From an uncultured Planctomycetia bacterium (GTDB lineage Bacteria > Omnitrophota > Gorgyraeia > Tantalellales > Tantalellaceae): a stretch of DNA of 64,000 bases. Below the pieces are notes generated by a model, which was given only the letters and a program-made list of their open reading frames with translations, did not search any database and was not told the DNA's origin. Both the position numbers and the translations under genes were made by a program. Each line of letters opens with the position of its first letter. Position 1 is the first letter of the stretch. The stretch spans positions 52,602 through 116,601 of the forward strand of contig CAZGOG010000001.1 in the NCBI GenBank assembly GCA_964527555.1. The letters run 5' to 3'. This document shows positions 1 through 9,896 of the stretch, one piece after another.

Positions 1-97
1 CGAAATTCCTGCCGGCCCACAGGTCAAACCGTATAGGCATTATATGATAAAGCACGTTAAACGCTCTTACTAGCCATAATGCGATCAAGTCCGGCAT
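1..97 (-). CDS. Probable lipid A acyltransferase (LpxL/HtrB-like), 5' fragment truncated by the window edge
   Basis: ATG at 97 overlaps the lpxK 3' end and reads MPDLIALWLVRAFNVLYHIMPIRFDLWAGRNF, resembling the hydrophobic N-terminus of LpxL-family proteins; follows waaA-lpxK. Confidence 0.45.
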   Translation of the reverse strand, partial: MPDLIALWLVRAFNVLYHIMPIRFDLWAGRNF

Positions 98-1103
98 CAA
101 GAAACTCCTTTCCCTGGATTATGTCTATTGCAATATAAAGAATATAAAGTCTCTCTTCAACGGCTGATAAATCAAAGTTCTTCACTTTTACATAATCTTT
201 ACTGGTTGTAATTATCATCTCCGCTTGTGAAGCTTGCTGTAAAATATGATCTATGTCTTTCTGCGAATAACGGTGATGGTCCGTGAAATCGTCTTTAGCG
301 CTGACGAAAGCACCCAGCCCTTCCACCAAAGAAGCAAAATAATCCGCATCTGCTATCCCGCTGAAAAGTGAGACTTTCTTCCCGGAAAGCTCATCTGCCG
401 GATGTATGAGGCCGCTTACATCCTTAAGAAAAACTGCCTTGTGCCGTGTAAGCACAACGGGGGAAGCCGGGGATATCTTCTTAATAAGAGAGAGGACTTC
501 TTCCCTCTCTTTAAGCGCAATTTTATCGGTTTTTGTAAGGACTATTAAATCCGCTCTTTTTATGGAAGAGACCGGTTCCCTCAAAACGCCGCGCGGAAAA
601 AGAAAACCGTTACCAAAAGGGTTCTTGGCCTCCAGAAGAAGAATATTGACGCCGCGCGCGATTCTCCTGTGCTGGAAACCGTCGTCCAAGATAACTATAC
701 CAGCGCCTTTAGAAGCGGCCAAACGGGCGTTTCGCACCCTGTCCTGCCCGACAAAAACGGGCACTTCCGCCAGTTCGTCCTTCAGCATTATGCTTTCATC
801 CCTTCCGTACCCCCTTGTAAGTATAGCGGGCCTCTTCCCTTCTTTAACAAGATGATCCGCTAAAAACATGACGAGCGGCGTCTTACCCGTTCCGCCAAGT
901 GTGATGTTCCCGACACTGACGACGGGAATGCCGACTTTATGCTCCCGTCTTATCTTCATGCGCCACGCCAAGTCTACGGCTTTTATCCCCGCAGCATATA
1001 CCCACGAGAAAAGACGCAAAAACCCTTTTATGATAACATCAAAAAAGCCGTCTCTTTCATCTTTCATGAGCGTGAGCATGTATTTTTTTACCGTATGCGT
1101 CAT
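57..1103 (-). CDS. lpxK: Tetraacyldisaccharide 4'-kinase
   Basis: VGNITLGGTGKTP, RGYG, LDDGFQH, FPRGVLRE and DHH motifs. Confidence 0.96.
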   Translation of the reverse strand: MTHTVKKYMLTLMKDERDGFFDVIIKGFLRLFSWVYAAGIKAVDLAWRMKIRREHKVGIPVVSVGNITLGGTGKTPLVMFLADHLVKEGKRPAILTRGYGRDESIMLKDELAEVPVFVGQDRVRNARLAASKGAGIVILDDGFQHRRIARGVNILLLEAKNPFGNGFLFPRGVLREPVSSIKRADLIVLTKTDKIALKEREEVLSLIKKISPASPVVLTRHKAVFLKDVSGLIHPADELSGKKVSLFSGIADADYFASLVEGLGAFVSAKDDFTDHHRYSQKDIDHILQQASQAEMIITTSKDYVKVKNFDLSAVEERLYILYIAIDIIQGKEFLDAGLDRIMASKSV

Positions 1104-2377
1104 GGGTTTATGTATTTCTTGATCCTCTCGACCGTCTTATCGACAGCCCCGGAGTTAGATTCTATGACTTTTCCGGCCGCTTTTGCCAGGCGTTCACTCT
1201 CGGCAGGATCTTTTAGAACCTTTTCACAAACCTCTTTTAAGTGGCTAGAGTCCCTCACCTCCACTGCGGCGCTATGCTCCAGGAACACCTCGGAAACTTC
1301 CCTGAAATTGGACATATGCGGCCCGAAGACGATAGGCTTTTGCCACCTGGCCGCTTCTATGGGGTTCTGCCCGCCTTTTCTGGCGAGGCTGCCCCCTATA
1401 AAAACAATACTGGCGACGCTGTAAAGATCTTTAAGATGACCTATCGTATCAACAAGAAGAACGTCGCACTTGCCAGAGGCTGCCTCCCCCCCCTTAAGCA
1501 TCTCCGAAAGGCCGCAAACGGCTAGACCCTTTCCCTCGACAAAAGACTTTATCTCACCGATCCTCTCTATGTGCCTGGGTGCAAGGATAAGCTTGAGACC
1601 AGCCATCTTCTCTCTCAAACTTCTGTATATATCGACTACGATGGTTTCCTCGGGGTGATGGGTGCTGCCGGCAACGATGATTTTATCGCCGCCGGTAAAC
1701 CCCAGTTTTTCTCTGTTTATAAGATCACGCTCCGAGAAAGAAGGCGCCGCTTCATCGAATTTCATGCTGCCTGTTACAGATATCTTACCCGCGGACGCGC
1801 CCATATCCCTTATCCTTTCCGCATCCCGGGGCGATTGCATCAAAAAAGAATCTATGTTTTTCAAAATACGTCTTGTGATGAACTTTATCTTTCTGTAGCC
1901 GGCAAAAGACTTATCGGATATCCTGCCGTTAACCAGGACGGCGGCTATGCCTCTTTTTGAGAGCTCCACCAGTATGTTCGGCCACAGTTCCGTCTCCACC
2001 ATCACATAAAGTCTCGGCTCCAGGAGCCTCACGACACGTCTGACTATAAAGCTCATGTCCAGCGGATAATAGAAAAAGGCGTCGATACTGCCTTCTGCGC
2101 ACCGGCGGATCATCTCGTTTCCCGTCCTGGTAGTCGTTGAAACCACAACGGAGGCATCCGGAAAAACTTTCTTTATCGCGCGTGCCAGTTTCACCGCCAC
2201 AAGTGCTTCCCCTACGCTTACGGCATGTATCCATACGGGTCTCTTTAAACTTCCGAGCTCCTTCGGGATAAACCCGAACCGCTCTATAAACCCCCTATGA
2301 AACTTCCCCCGTAATAAAAGGGATGGGATGTATACGAGACTGAACAAGCAAAAAAACAAATCGTATAATAACCTCAT
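1100..2377 (-). CDS. waaA: Kdo transferase
   Basis: WIHAVSVGE, ETELWPN, NGRIS, AGSTH, APRHIER, GGQNPIEA. Confidence 0.96.
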   Translation of the reverse strand: MRLLYDLFFCLFSLVYIPSLLLRGKFHRGFIERFGFIPKELGSLKRPVWIHAVSVGEALVAVKLARAIKKVFPDASVVVSTTTRTGNEMIRRCAEGSIDAFFYYPLDMSFIVRRVVRLLEPRLYVMVETELWPNILVELSKRGIAAVLVNGRISDKSFAGYRKIKFITRRILKNIDSFLMQSPRDAERIRDMGASAGKISVTGSMKFDEAAPSFSERDLINREKLGFTGGDKIIVAGSTHHPEETIVVDIYRSLREKMAGLKLILAPRHIERIGEIKSFVEGKGLAVCGLSEMLKGGEAASGKCDVLLVDTIGHLKDLYSVASIVFIGGSLARKGGQNPIEAARWQKPIVFGPHMSNFREVSEVFLEHSAAVEVRDSSHLKEVCEKVLKDPAESERLAKAAGKVIESNSGAVDKTVERIKKYINP

Positions 2378-2399
2378 AAAAGCCTATGCGTTCGCTCCT

Positions 2400-3260
2400 T
2401 TACGCTCTGGGATGGGCTTTGGAATACATCTCTCTGATACGCTGCGAACCAAGATGCGTATAGATCTGTGTCGTCGATAAATTCTTATGCCCCAGAAGCT
2501 CCTGTACGCTTCTTAAGTCCGCCCCGTTATTAAGCAAGTGTGTCGCAAAAGAATGCCTGATCGAATGGGGGGATATCTTCTCTTCTATGCTGCACTGCTT
2601 GACATATTTATCTACAATCCTTCTTACGCTCCTATCCGAAAGCCTCGTACCGTTCTTATTAATAAAAAGCGCGCCGGATGAATCCGTTCTTTCGTTAAGA
2701 TAACTGCGCAGGGCACGCTGCGCGCAAGAGCCCAAAAGTGCCATCCTCTCTCTTTTTCCCTTGCCCCGGACTTTGATGACACCCGCTATCAAGTCGATGT
2801 TGTCCTGGTTCAAGCCGACAAGCTCACTTACGCGTATACCCGCCGAATATAAAACTTCCAGAAGCGCCCTGTCCCTGAGGCCCAGGATACTGTCAAGCTT
2901 CGGCGCGGTTACGAGCTTCAGCGTCTTGTCCTTATCAAGAAAGGCCGGGAGCCTTTTGTCAAGTTTCGGCGTGAAAATGCTGTCTGCGGGATTGCGCGAG
3001 ATATATTTCTCCCTGAAAAGAAACCGGAAAAAAGAACGTATCGCTGCCAGCTTCCTCACAACGGTCCTCTTGGCACAGTCCCTCTTGCGCAGTTCCGCCA
3101 GGAAGCGCCGGAGGTCAAGATGCGTAATATCTTTGGGGGATTTCTCTTCCAGAAAGTCCGCCAGTTCCTCAAGATCAGACTTATAATTACGCAAGGTATG
3201 CTCTGAATAATTTTTTTCTATATCCAGATAGTTTGAAAATTTTGCAATGAACCGTCTCAC
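2400..3260 (-). CDS. xerC: Tyrosine recombinase XerC
   Basis: GIRVSEL, HSIRHSFATHLL, LLGH and TTQIYTH; true start probably GTG at 3260, overlapping the topA stop (GTGA); dprA-topA-xerC synteny. Confidence 0.88.
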   Translation of the reverse strand: MRRFIAKFSNYLDIEKNYSEHTLRNYKSDLEELADFLEEKSPKDITHLDLRRFLAELRKRDCAKRTVVRKLAAIRSFFRFLFREKYISRNPADSIFTPKLDKRLPAFLDKDKTLKLVTAPKLDSILGLRDRALLEVLYSAGIRVSELVGLNQDNIDLIAGVIKVRGKGKRERMALLGSCAQRALRSYLNERTDSSGALFINKNGTRLSDRSVRRIVDKYVKQCSIEEKISPHSIRHSFATHLLNNGADLRSVQELLGHKNLSTTQIYTHLGSQRIREMYSKAHPRA

Positions 3261-5317
3261 TCTAGTTCCTCTTGCTCGCCTCTTTTTTCCTTCTCTTCTT
3301 CCACCCCGGAAGGAAGATTTTTTGAAGTATATGTGCACTTCGGATAGTTCGTGCACCCGTAGAACATGCCTCTTTTGGACTTGCGTTCGACAAGATCGCC
3401 GCCACAGCCTTCTACCGGACACTTGACACCGGTAGACATGGATTTGGCGTTTTTGCATGTCGGAAAGCCGGAACAGCTAAGAAATCGTCCACGCCTGCCC
3501 CATTTTATGACCATGGGCCTGCCGCATTCCCCGCACACTTCATCCGTAGCTATTTCCTGGCGTTTAACGCTCGATATCTTTTCCTTGGCTTTTTCAAGGT
3601 TCTTTGTAAAGGGCCCGTAAAAATCCTTAAGCACCTCTAACCTCTCTTTTTCCCCTTCTTCGATCTCGTCGAGTTCCTTCTCCATCTCTGCGGTAAACTC
3701 ATCATCGACGATACCCGGGAAATTCTCGACTAAAAGCCGGTTGACAAGTTCCCCCAGATCGGTCGGCACTAAACTCCTTCCGCTGCGTTTTATATAATGG
3801 CGGTCGATGATCGTCCTGATTATGGGGGCATAAGTAGAGGGTCTGCCTATCCCTTTTTCTTCCAGGTCCTTTACCAAAGAGGCATCGGTATAACGCGGGG
3901 GCGGTTTAGTAAAATGCTGCGCAGGCAGAAGCTCCTCAAGAAGGGTCTCTTCTCCCGCCTCCAGAGGCGGTATTTTTGTCATCTCGCCTTCCCCTTCGAC
4001 AAAACCGCCGTATACGCGCAGGAACCCGTCAAAAATAAGCTGTCCCCCGCCCGCTCGGAATCGATAATCACCCGCATCTATGTTAACGGCCAGAACCGAA
4101 AAAAGCGCGCTTGCCATTTGACTGGCAACGAATCTTTTCCATATAAGCTCATACAGTTTCACCTCGTCACTTTTGAGATAACGGGCTACTTCCTCCGGGG
4201 GCCTGAGCGGCAACGTCGGCCGTATCGCTTCATGCGCTTCCTGCGCGCCTTTCCTGGATCTATATACAAGCGGTTTTTCGGGACAGTATTTATCCCCGTA
4301 TTTACCGGTGATAAACCGGCGGACCTCCTCCTGGGCGTCGTTAGATATACGCACTGAATCCGTGCGCATATAAGTGATCAAGCCGACGCTTCCTTCCTCG
4401 CCAAGCTCAATACCTTCGTAGAGGCTCTGCGCGGTACGCATCGTCTTGGAAGCCGAGAAGTTCAGTTTATTAAAAGCATCCTGCTGCAGGACAGAAGTGG
4501 TATAAGGGGACCGGGGATGGCTCTTTTTGTTCTTCTTGCTTATATCGGTTACGATGAACTTTTCATTTTTTAATCTCTCAATGATCAGGCCCGCACTTTT
4601 CTCATCCGGTATATGTATCTTCTCACCCTTGTGTTTCACCAGTTTCGCCTTGAAAGCTTCTTCCTTGCTTAAAGCTTCTTTCTTGTTTAAAAGGGCCTCT
4701 ATACTCCAGTATTCCTCCGTCTTGAAACTCCTTATGGCGTCTTCCCTCTGGACTATGAGCTTGACGGCCACGGACTGCACCCGTCCGGCACTCAAGCCTC
4801 TCGTTACCTTCTTCCAGAGAAGCGGGCTTAACGAGTATCCAACGATCCTGTCGAGAATGCGCCTTGCCTGCTGGGCGTTTACTTTCCGCATATCCAGCTG
4901 GCGCGGATGTTTAAAAGCCTCTTTTACCACTTTCTCCGTGATCTCATCGAAACTCACCCTGTATACCTTCAGCTTCCCCTTCTCAAGCTGGTTCTTCAAA
5001 TGCCAGCATATGGCTTCACCTTCCCTGTCGGGGTCAGCGGCAAGATATATCGCTGTAGCGTCTTTTGCTTCCTTCTTCAGGCTGGCAAGATATTTCTTGC
5101 GGCCCTTCATTACGGTATACTCAGGGGTAAACTCATTCTCAAAATCAATGCCCATCTTGGAGGAAGGCAGGTCAATAATATGCCCCATACTGGCAAGCAC
5201 CTTGTAGTCCTTGCCGAGTATCTTGTTTATAGTTTTTGATTTTGCGGGTGACTCCACAATAACAAGAAACTTTTCTTTTCTCTTAGAAGTTCTTTTTGTC
5301 TTTTTCTTTTCTGGCAT
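3257..5317 (-). CDS. topA: DNA topoisomerase I
   Basis: IVESPAK, DPDREGEAI, SAGRVQS, ITYMRTDS, C-terminal zinc ribbons. Confidence 0.97.
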   Translation of the reverse strand: MPEKKKTKRTSKRKEKFLVIVESPAKSKTINKILGKDYKVLASMGHIIDLPSSKMGIDFENEFTPEYTVMKGRKKYLASLKKEAKDATAIYLAADPDREGEAICWHLKNQLEKGKLKVYRVSFDEITEKVVKEAFKHPRQLDMRKVNAQQARRILDRIVGYSLSPLLWKKVTRGLSAGRVQSVAVKLIVQREDAIRSFKTEEYWSIEALLNKKEALSKEEAFKAKLVKHKGEKIHIPDEKSAGLIIERLKNEKFIVTDISKKNKKSHPRSPYTTSVLQQDAFNKLNFSASKTMRTAQSLYEGIELGEEGSVGLITYMRTDSVRISNDAQEEVRRFITGKYGDKYCPEKPLVYRSRKGAQEAHEAIRPTLPLRPPEEVARYLKSDEVKLYELIWKRFVASQMASALFSVLAVNIDAGDYRFRAGGGQLIFDGFLRVYGGFVEGEGEMTKIPPLEAGEETLLEELLPAQHFTKPPPRYTDASLVKDLEEKGIGRPSTYAPIIRTIIDRHYIKRSGRSLVPTDLGELVNRLLVENFPGIVDDEFTAEMEKELDEIEEGEKERLEVLKDFYGPFTKNLEKAKEKISSVKRQEIATDEVCGECGRPMVIKWGRRGRFLSCSGFPTCKNAKSMSTGVKCPVEGCGGDLVERKSKRGMFYGCTNYPKCTYTSKNLPSGVEEEKEKRGEQEELE

Positions 5318-5331
5318 GATAATTCTTTCCG

Positions 5332-6249
5332 TTAAATTGATATTTTCTCATTCGCGTTTTCCGCTCCAACGCCATTCATCCCTAGTTCATCAAGTATATC
5401 GTCCGCACACATCACGAGCTTCGCGCCGCTCTGTATAAGTAGATTGCTCCCGGTAGCTCCCGGCATATCCGCGCGAGCCGGCACCGCGAACACTTCCCTG
5501 CCTTGCTCAAGAGCAAAATCCACGGTTATCATCGCCCCGCTTTTTTTCGCGGCTTCAGCGACCAACACGCCCCTGGACATGCCGCTTATAATCCGGTTAC
5601 GCCTGGGAAAAGTCCATTTCGAAGCCGTTACGCCTGATGGGTACTCCGTTACGACCGCTCCCTTCTGGCATATCTCCGCAAGAAGCCGGCCGGCTTCTTG
5701 CGGATATATGTGCCGGAAGGAGCTACCCATGACTGCAACCGTCCTCCCGCCGGCTTTAAGCGCTCCCCTGTGCGCGGCTGAATCTATGCCTCTGGCCATA
5801 CCGCTTACAACGGTTACCCCCCTCTCTGCAAGATCCGAGGCCAGTCGCTCCGCCATATAACGGCCGTATGCGGAACACTTCCTGGATCCTACTATCGCCA
5901 CGGCTGTTTCGCTGCTAGATGCCTCCAGCCTGCCCTTGTAGTAAAGAAGTGCGGGCGCATCATATATGTGCCTCAGGCTCACCGGGTAATCTCTACTGCC
6001 GTAAGATGCAACTTTTATACCCTCTTTTTCTATATATTCAAGCTCCTTGATAAAAGCCGCATCTTCCCTTGCCTTTCTTATCCTTGCAAAATCACTGAAC
6101 TTGCCGCCCAGAATATCGTAAAACTCCGGATCCGTCATACTGAAGATCTCTTGAGTACTTCCCGCCTTCTCTAAAAGAGACTTTATTTTTACCACCCCCA
6201 GATGCGGCACAAAACTAAGCGCCATGATGTCGCGGCTTCTTTTATCCAA
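5332..6249 (-). CDS. dprA: DNA-processing protein DprA
   Basis: AIVGSR, VSGMARGID, FPRRNRIISG, EAAKKSGAMIT. Confidence 0.96.
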   Translation of the reverse strand: MDKRSRDIMALSFVPHLGVVKIKSLLEKAGSTQEIFSMTDPEFYDILGGKFSDFARIRKAREDAAFIKELEYIEKEGIKVASYGSRDYPVSLRHIYDAPALLYYKGRLEASSSETAVAIVGSRKCSAYGRYMAERLASDLAERGVTVVSGMARGIDSAAHRGALKAGGRTVAVMGSSFRHIYPQEAGRLLAEICQKGAVVTEYPSGVTASKWTFPRRNRIISGMSRGVLVAEAAKKSGAMITVDFALEQGREVFAVPARADMPGATGSNLLIQSGAKLVMCADDILDELGMNGVGAENANEKISI

Positions 6250-7276
6250 TGTTTTCCTCTTTTATCTTGTTCTTTTTGACCATCTCCAGAAATATATCGG
6301 TTATTTTCGGGTCAAGTTTCCATCCTCTTTCTTCCCTTATTATTGCTATCGCCTCTTCCCTGGAAAACCCTTTGCGGTAGGGCCTGTCCGCGGTCAGCGC
6401 TTCATAGATGTCCACCACGCTCAACAGTCTCGCCTCCAGCGGAATCGCATCGCCTTTAAGCCCCGCGGGATAACCGCTCCCGTTATAATTCTCATGGTGA
6501 CTCATCATTATGGGGATAATATCCCTCAGGAAATAGAAGAGTTTTGCCACATCAGCACCCCAGATCGGATGTCTTTTTATCTGGGCAAACTCTTTTCTGG
6601 TAAGTTTTCCTTTCTTATACAATATCTTCTCATCTACCGCGATCTTGCCGATATCGTGAAGAAGGCAGGCGACTTTGAGTCTTTCGATTCTCTTCTTGCT
6701 TATCTTGAGTCTCTTTGCAAGAGCCACGGCAAAAGCCATTACACGGTGCGCATGCTTGGCAGTGTCCGGATCGTTCGAAATCGACGCCTTGAAAAACATG
6801 TCTATGGCTTCCCTGTACGCCTCATTGAGCTTTAAAGGAGTAACATTGTGAACGTTGACCCTTTTCGCGGAACATGTTCTTTCACGGCCTATAAACATAT
6901 AAAAATAGCGGCGTCTTTCCTTGAGCGGTATAGCCGACCAGCAGATGCGCTTCTCAAGCCTCTTAGCTATCATAACGGGCGCATCAAATCTCATAAGCAT
7001 CTTTTTCCGCTTTATATCGCTGAATATCTTGCTTATTGCGTTTCTTTCAGACTCGGCGATAATACTCTTGATCCAGTCTTTGCCCATGACAGCTTTCTCC
7101 GGCAAGCTGAAGGAATCAAGACAGCTGCTGTTGGCAAAAACAATCCTTCCGGAAGAATCGGTGACCATGATAAACGCCTCGACTTTTTCCAGAAGTTTCT
7201 CGAAAAACAGCCACCACAAAACAGCACTACGGTCCTCTTTCTCTTTCCTAGTTAGTTTTTTCTTCGTCCTCTTCAT
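6242..7276 (-). CDS. PAS-domain HD-GYP cyclic dinucleotide phosphodiesterase
   Basis: N-terminal PAS-like segment (DSSGRIVFAN); LLHDIGK, HHENYNGSGYP, DRPYR. Confidence 0.9.
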   Translation of the reverse strand: MKRTKKKLTRKEKEDRSAVLWWLFFEKLLEKVEAFIMVTDSSGRIVFANSSCLDSFSLPEKAVMGKDWIKSIIAESERNAISKIFSDIKRKKMLMRFDAPVMIAKRLEKRICWSAIPLKERRRYFYMFIGRERTCSAKRVNVHNVTPLKLNEAYREAIDMFFKASISNDPDTAKHAHRVMAFAVALAKRLKISKKRIERLKVACLLHDIGKIAVDEKILYKKGKLTRKEFAQIKRHPIWGADVAKLFYFLRDIIPIMMSHHENYNGSGYPAGLKGDAIPLEARLLSVVDIYEALTADRPYRKGFSREEAIAIIREERGWKLDPKITDIFLEMVKKNKIKEENIG

Positions 7277-7772
7277 CTGTAATCTTAAGTATCCTTTCTA
7301 TTACGGTTCCTGGTTCCACATTGGTGGTGTCGACGTGAAAATCCGCTTTCGTATAAAAGGGGCGGCGGTACTCCAAAAGATCCTTGATCCTTTTTCCCGG
7401 ATCCTCAACATTAAGCAGGGGACGATGACCGTGCCCTTCGGTCCTTTCGCATATAGTCTTGATATCCGCCCAGAGGCATATAACTATACCGCTTCTTTTG
7501 AGGTTATCCATATTTTCACTGTCCAAGACGACACCGCCGCCGGTGTCTACCACCTGATCTGTCTTCTGTGACACTTCCCTGACGACTTCTTTCTCCAGAC
7601 TTCTAAAATATGCTTCGCCTTCATCCCTGAATATGTCGCTTATCTTCCTGCCTTCGCGCTCCTCTATAAGATAATCGATGCTGACATATGTCTTGTTCAG
7701 TTTCTCAGCCAGAGCCTTGGCAACGGCGGTCTTACCGGTGCCCATGAAACCCACAAGCACTATATTTTTCAT
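7248..7772 (-). CDS. aroK: Shikimate kinase
   Basis: GFMGTGKT, GEAYFR, TGGG, RPLL. Confidence 0.96.
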   Translation of the reverse strand: MKNIVLVGFMGTGKTAVAKALAEKLNKTYVSIDYLIEEREGRKISDIFRDEGEAYFRSLEKEVVREVSQKTDQVVDTGGGVVLDSENMDNLKRSGIVICLWADIKTICERTEGHGHRPLLNVEDPGKRIKDLLEYRRPFYTKADFHVDTTNVEPGTVIERILKITDEEDEEKTN

Positions 7773-7780
7773 CTTTACAC

Positions 7781-8908
7781 CTACATTCCCCCGAGATAAT
7801 CCATATATGCATTATAATTGCGCCTTACTTCCGGGATAGAGTCTCCGCCGAACTTCTCCAGAAAAGCGGAAGCTATTTCAAAGGCGACTGCCGCTTCCGC
7901 AACAACTCCGCAGGCGGGAACAGCTGTCACGTCAGCGCGTTCCGTGGCGGCTTTACTCGCCTTTTTGGTACTGATGTCAACCGACTTTAAAGGCGCGGCC
8001 AGAGTAGCGATTGGTTTCATGAAGCCCGTAACGGTTACGTCGGAAGAGTTTGTCACGCCGCCTTCGAGGCCGCCGGCATTGTTGGATGACCTGGTGAAGA
8101 TTCTCTTCTTGCTGTCATAGCTTATCTCGTCGTGGGTTTCGGACCCTTTCATGCCGCTGGAGGCTATACCGCTACCGATAGAGACTGCCTTAACCGCGGG
8201 TACTGACATGACTGCACGCGCCAAAGCACCGTCAAGCCTCCTGTCCCACTGCGCATAACTGCCTAGTCCTGCAGGAACGCCTCTTGCAATCACCTGGAAA
8301 GATCCGCCAAGAGTATCACCCGCCTTCTTCGCTTTGTCTATTTCCCCGCGCATCTTCTGTGCCGCTTTCTTGTCGACGCATCTAAGGTCAGATGCGTCCG
8401 AAAGTTTCTCGATCTGGTCAAACGAAAGACCGCCCACATCAGCCTGTACCCCGCCCAGCATGATGACGTGACTGGTAAGGCGTATACCAAACTCTCTTAA
8501 AAAGAGCCGCGTCACCGCCCCTACCGCCACGCGCGCTGCCGTCTCCCGCGCGCTTGCCCTCTCAAGGACGCTTCTTGCGTCTTTAAGGGCGTATTTCTGG
8601 ACGCCGGCCAGATCCGCATGTCCGGGTCTTGGACACTTAACGTCAGGAAGTTCATCTATCTTATAATCTTTGTTATAGACGATCATCCCGATGGGGCTGC
8701 CTATGGTCTCGCCTCTGCGGCACCCGCCTATAATCTCGACTTTATCCTTTTCGATAGCCATGCGTCCGCCCCTGCCGTATCCGACCATACGCCTCTCAAG
8801 GTGTCTATTGATAAAGTCCTCTTCGATCTTAAGACGGGAGGGCATACCGTCCAGAATCGCCATGATGCCTTTACCGTGTGACTCTCCTGCAGTCATGTAA
8901 CGTAACAT
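7781..8908 (-). CDS. aroC: Chorismate synthase
   Basis: TAGESHG, RPGHADL, ERASARETA, GGLEGG; start revised to ATG 8908 with an AAGGAG RBS. Confidence 0.97.
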   Translation of the reverse strand: MLRYMTAGESHGKGIMAILDGMPSRLKIEEDFINRHLERRMVGYGRGGRMAIEKDKVEIIGGCRRGETIGSPIGMIVYNKDYKIDELPDVKCPRPGHADLAGVQKYALKDARSVLERASARETAARVAVGAVTRLFLREFGIRLTSHVIMLGGVQADVGGLSFDQIEKLSDASDLRCVDKKAAQKMRGEIDKAKKAGDTLGGSFQVIARGVPAGLGSYAQWDRRLDGALARAVMSVPAVKAVSIGSGIASSGMKGSETHDEISYDSKKRIFTRSSNNAGGLEGGVTNSSDVTVTGFMKPIATLAAPLKSVDISTKKASKAATERADVTAVPACGVVAEAAVAFEIASAFLEKFGGDSIPEVRRNYNAYMDYLGGM

Positions 8909-8929
8909 GTTTAGCTCCTTTTTTTTATG

Positions 8930-9087
8930 ATGAATCTCCACGGACTTACGTCCGTGGTCTTATCTTTTTGGCCTGTTGGCGTCGCAACTTCTCGAGATGT
9001 GTCTTCACACCCGTGGTGTTCCTTGCCCCAAACACCTCTTCATTACATTAGAGATTCATGGTGAGCAAGCGAAGCGCGCCGAACCAT
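8930..9087. repeat. Dispersed structured intergenic element, subtype A, copy 1 (158 bp)
   Basis: ATGAATCTC...GAGATTCAT inverted repeat, CCACGGAC-TTAC-GTCCGTGG hairpin and terminal ATGGT...ACCAT hairpin; recurs at 13928 and 31032. Confidence 0.95.
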
Positions 9088-9101
9088 AAATTTAAATTCT
9101 A

Positions 9102-9896
9102 TTAATGCACTATCGAGCTGCAAAACAGATAGCTGAGAACACCTTTACCGTACAATAGACTTATAAGCGCCGCCAGCGAAAGATACGGCCCGTAAGGTAT
9201 GATCTCCTTATGGAATTTCAGTTTCATGAATATCCCGACACCGGAACCGAACACGGGCGCCAGGAAAAAAGTGAGTAAAACCAATTTCCACCCCAAAAAA
9301 GCTCCTATCATGGTCATAAGCTTTACATCTCCCCCGCCAAGCGCTTCCTTACGGAATATCCACTCTCCCACGACTCCAAGAACAAGCATGCTCGCCCCGC
9401 CTGACAGAGCGCCTAAAAGCGAGTTTATAAACGACTCGATCATTTTACCGGAAGCATCCAGCCTGAAAAGCGTAAAGAGTATTATACCGACAAAGATCCC
9501 TGGGATACTTATGACATCCGGTATCTCATGATGCTCTATATCGATGACCGTCATGGTAATAAGAGCGCACGCAAACAGCCAGTAGATAAAAAATGGGACT
9601 GTCGGCAAGCCGGAAGCGGATGAAAAATAAAATAAAAGCACCACGCCTATAAGGGCAGTCGCCAGCTCTACCAGAAAATATCTTATCGGTATGGGCCTGG
9701 AACAGTTCCGGCACCTGCCTTTAAGAAGCAGGAAGCTTATAAGAGGCACATTATCAAACCACCCGATAGGTTTTTCACAGAAAAGACAGAAAGAACGGGG
9801 GCTCACGATAGATTTTCCTAGGGGTATCCTGTAGATGCAGACATTCAGGAAACTCCCTATAATCGCGCCGAATATGAATATGATCACATACCCCAT
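9102..9896 (-). CDS. pilD: Prepilin peptidase (A24)
   Basis: GSFLNVCIYRIP, two CxxC pairs, LGGGDVKL, PYGPYL. Confidence 0.95.
   Translation of the reverse strand: MGYVIIFIFGAIIGSFLNVCIYRIPLGKSIVSPRSFCLFCEKPIGWFDNVPLISFLLLKGRCRNCSRPIPIRYFLVELATALIGVVLLFYFSSASGLPTVPFFIYWLFACALITMTVIDIEHHEIPDVISIPGIFVGIILFTLFRLDASGKMIESFINSLLGALSGGASMLVLGVVGEWIFRKEALGGGDVKLMTMIGAFLGWKLVLLTFFLAPVFGSGVGIFMKLKFHKEIIPYGPYLSLAALISLLYGKGVLSYLFCSSIVH

Noticed and set aside
2400-3458. Tyrosine recombinase as a prophage or ICE integrase, and its 352-aa ORF length
   Set aside because: The dprA-topA-xerC context is housekeeping and there is no phage cargo; the extra N-terminus overlaps topA
8909-8941. N-terminal extensions 'MEIH...' on aroC and ilvN (13898-13939)
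   Set aside because: The GTG comes from the repeat terminus (GTGGAGATTCAT); the downstream ATGs have proper RBSs and match the family N-termini
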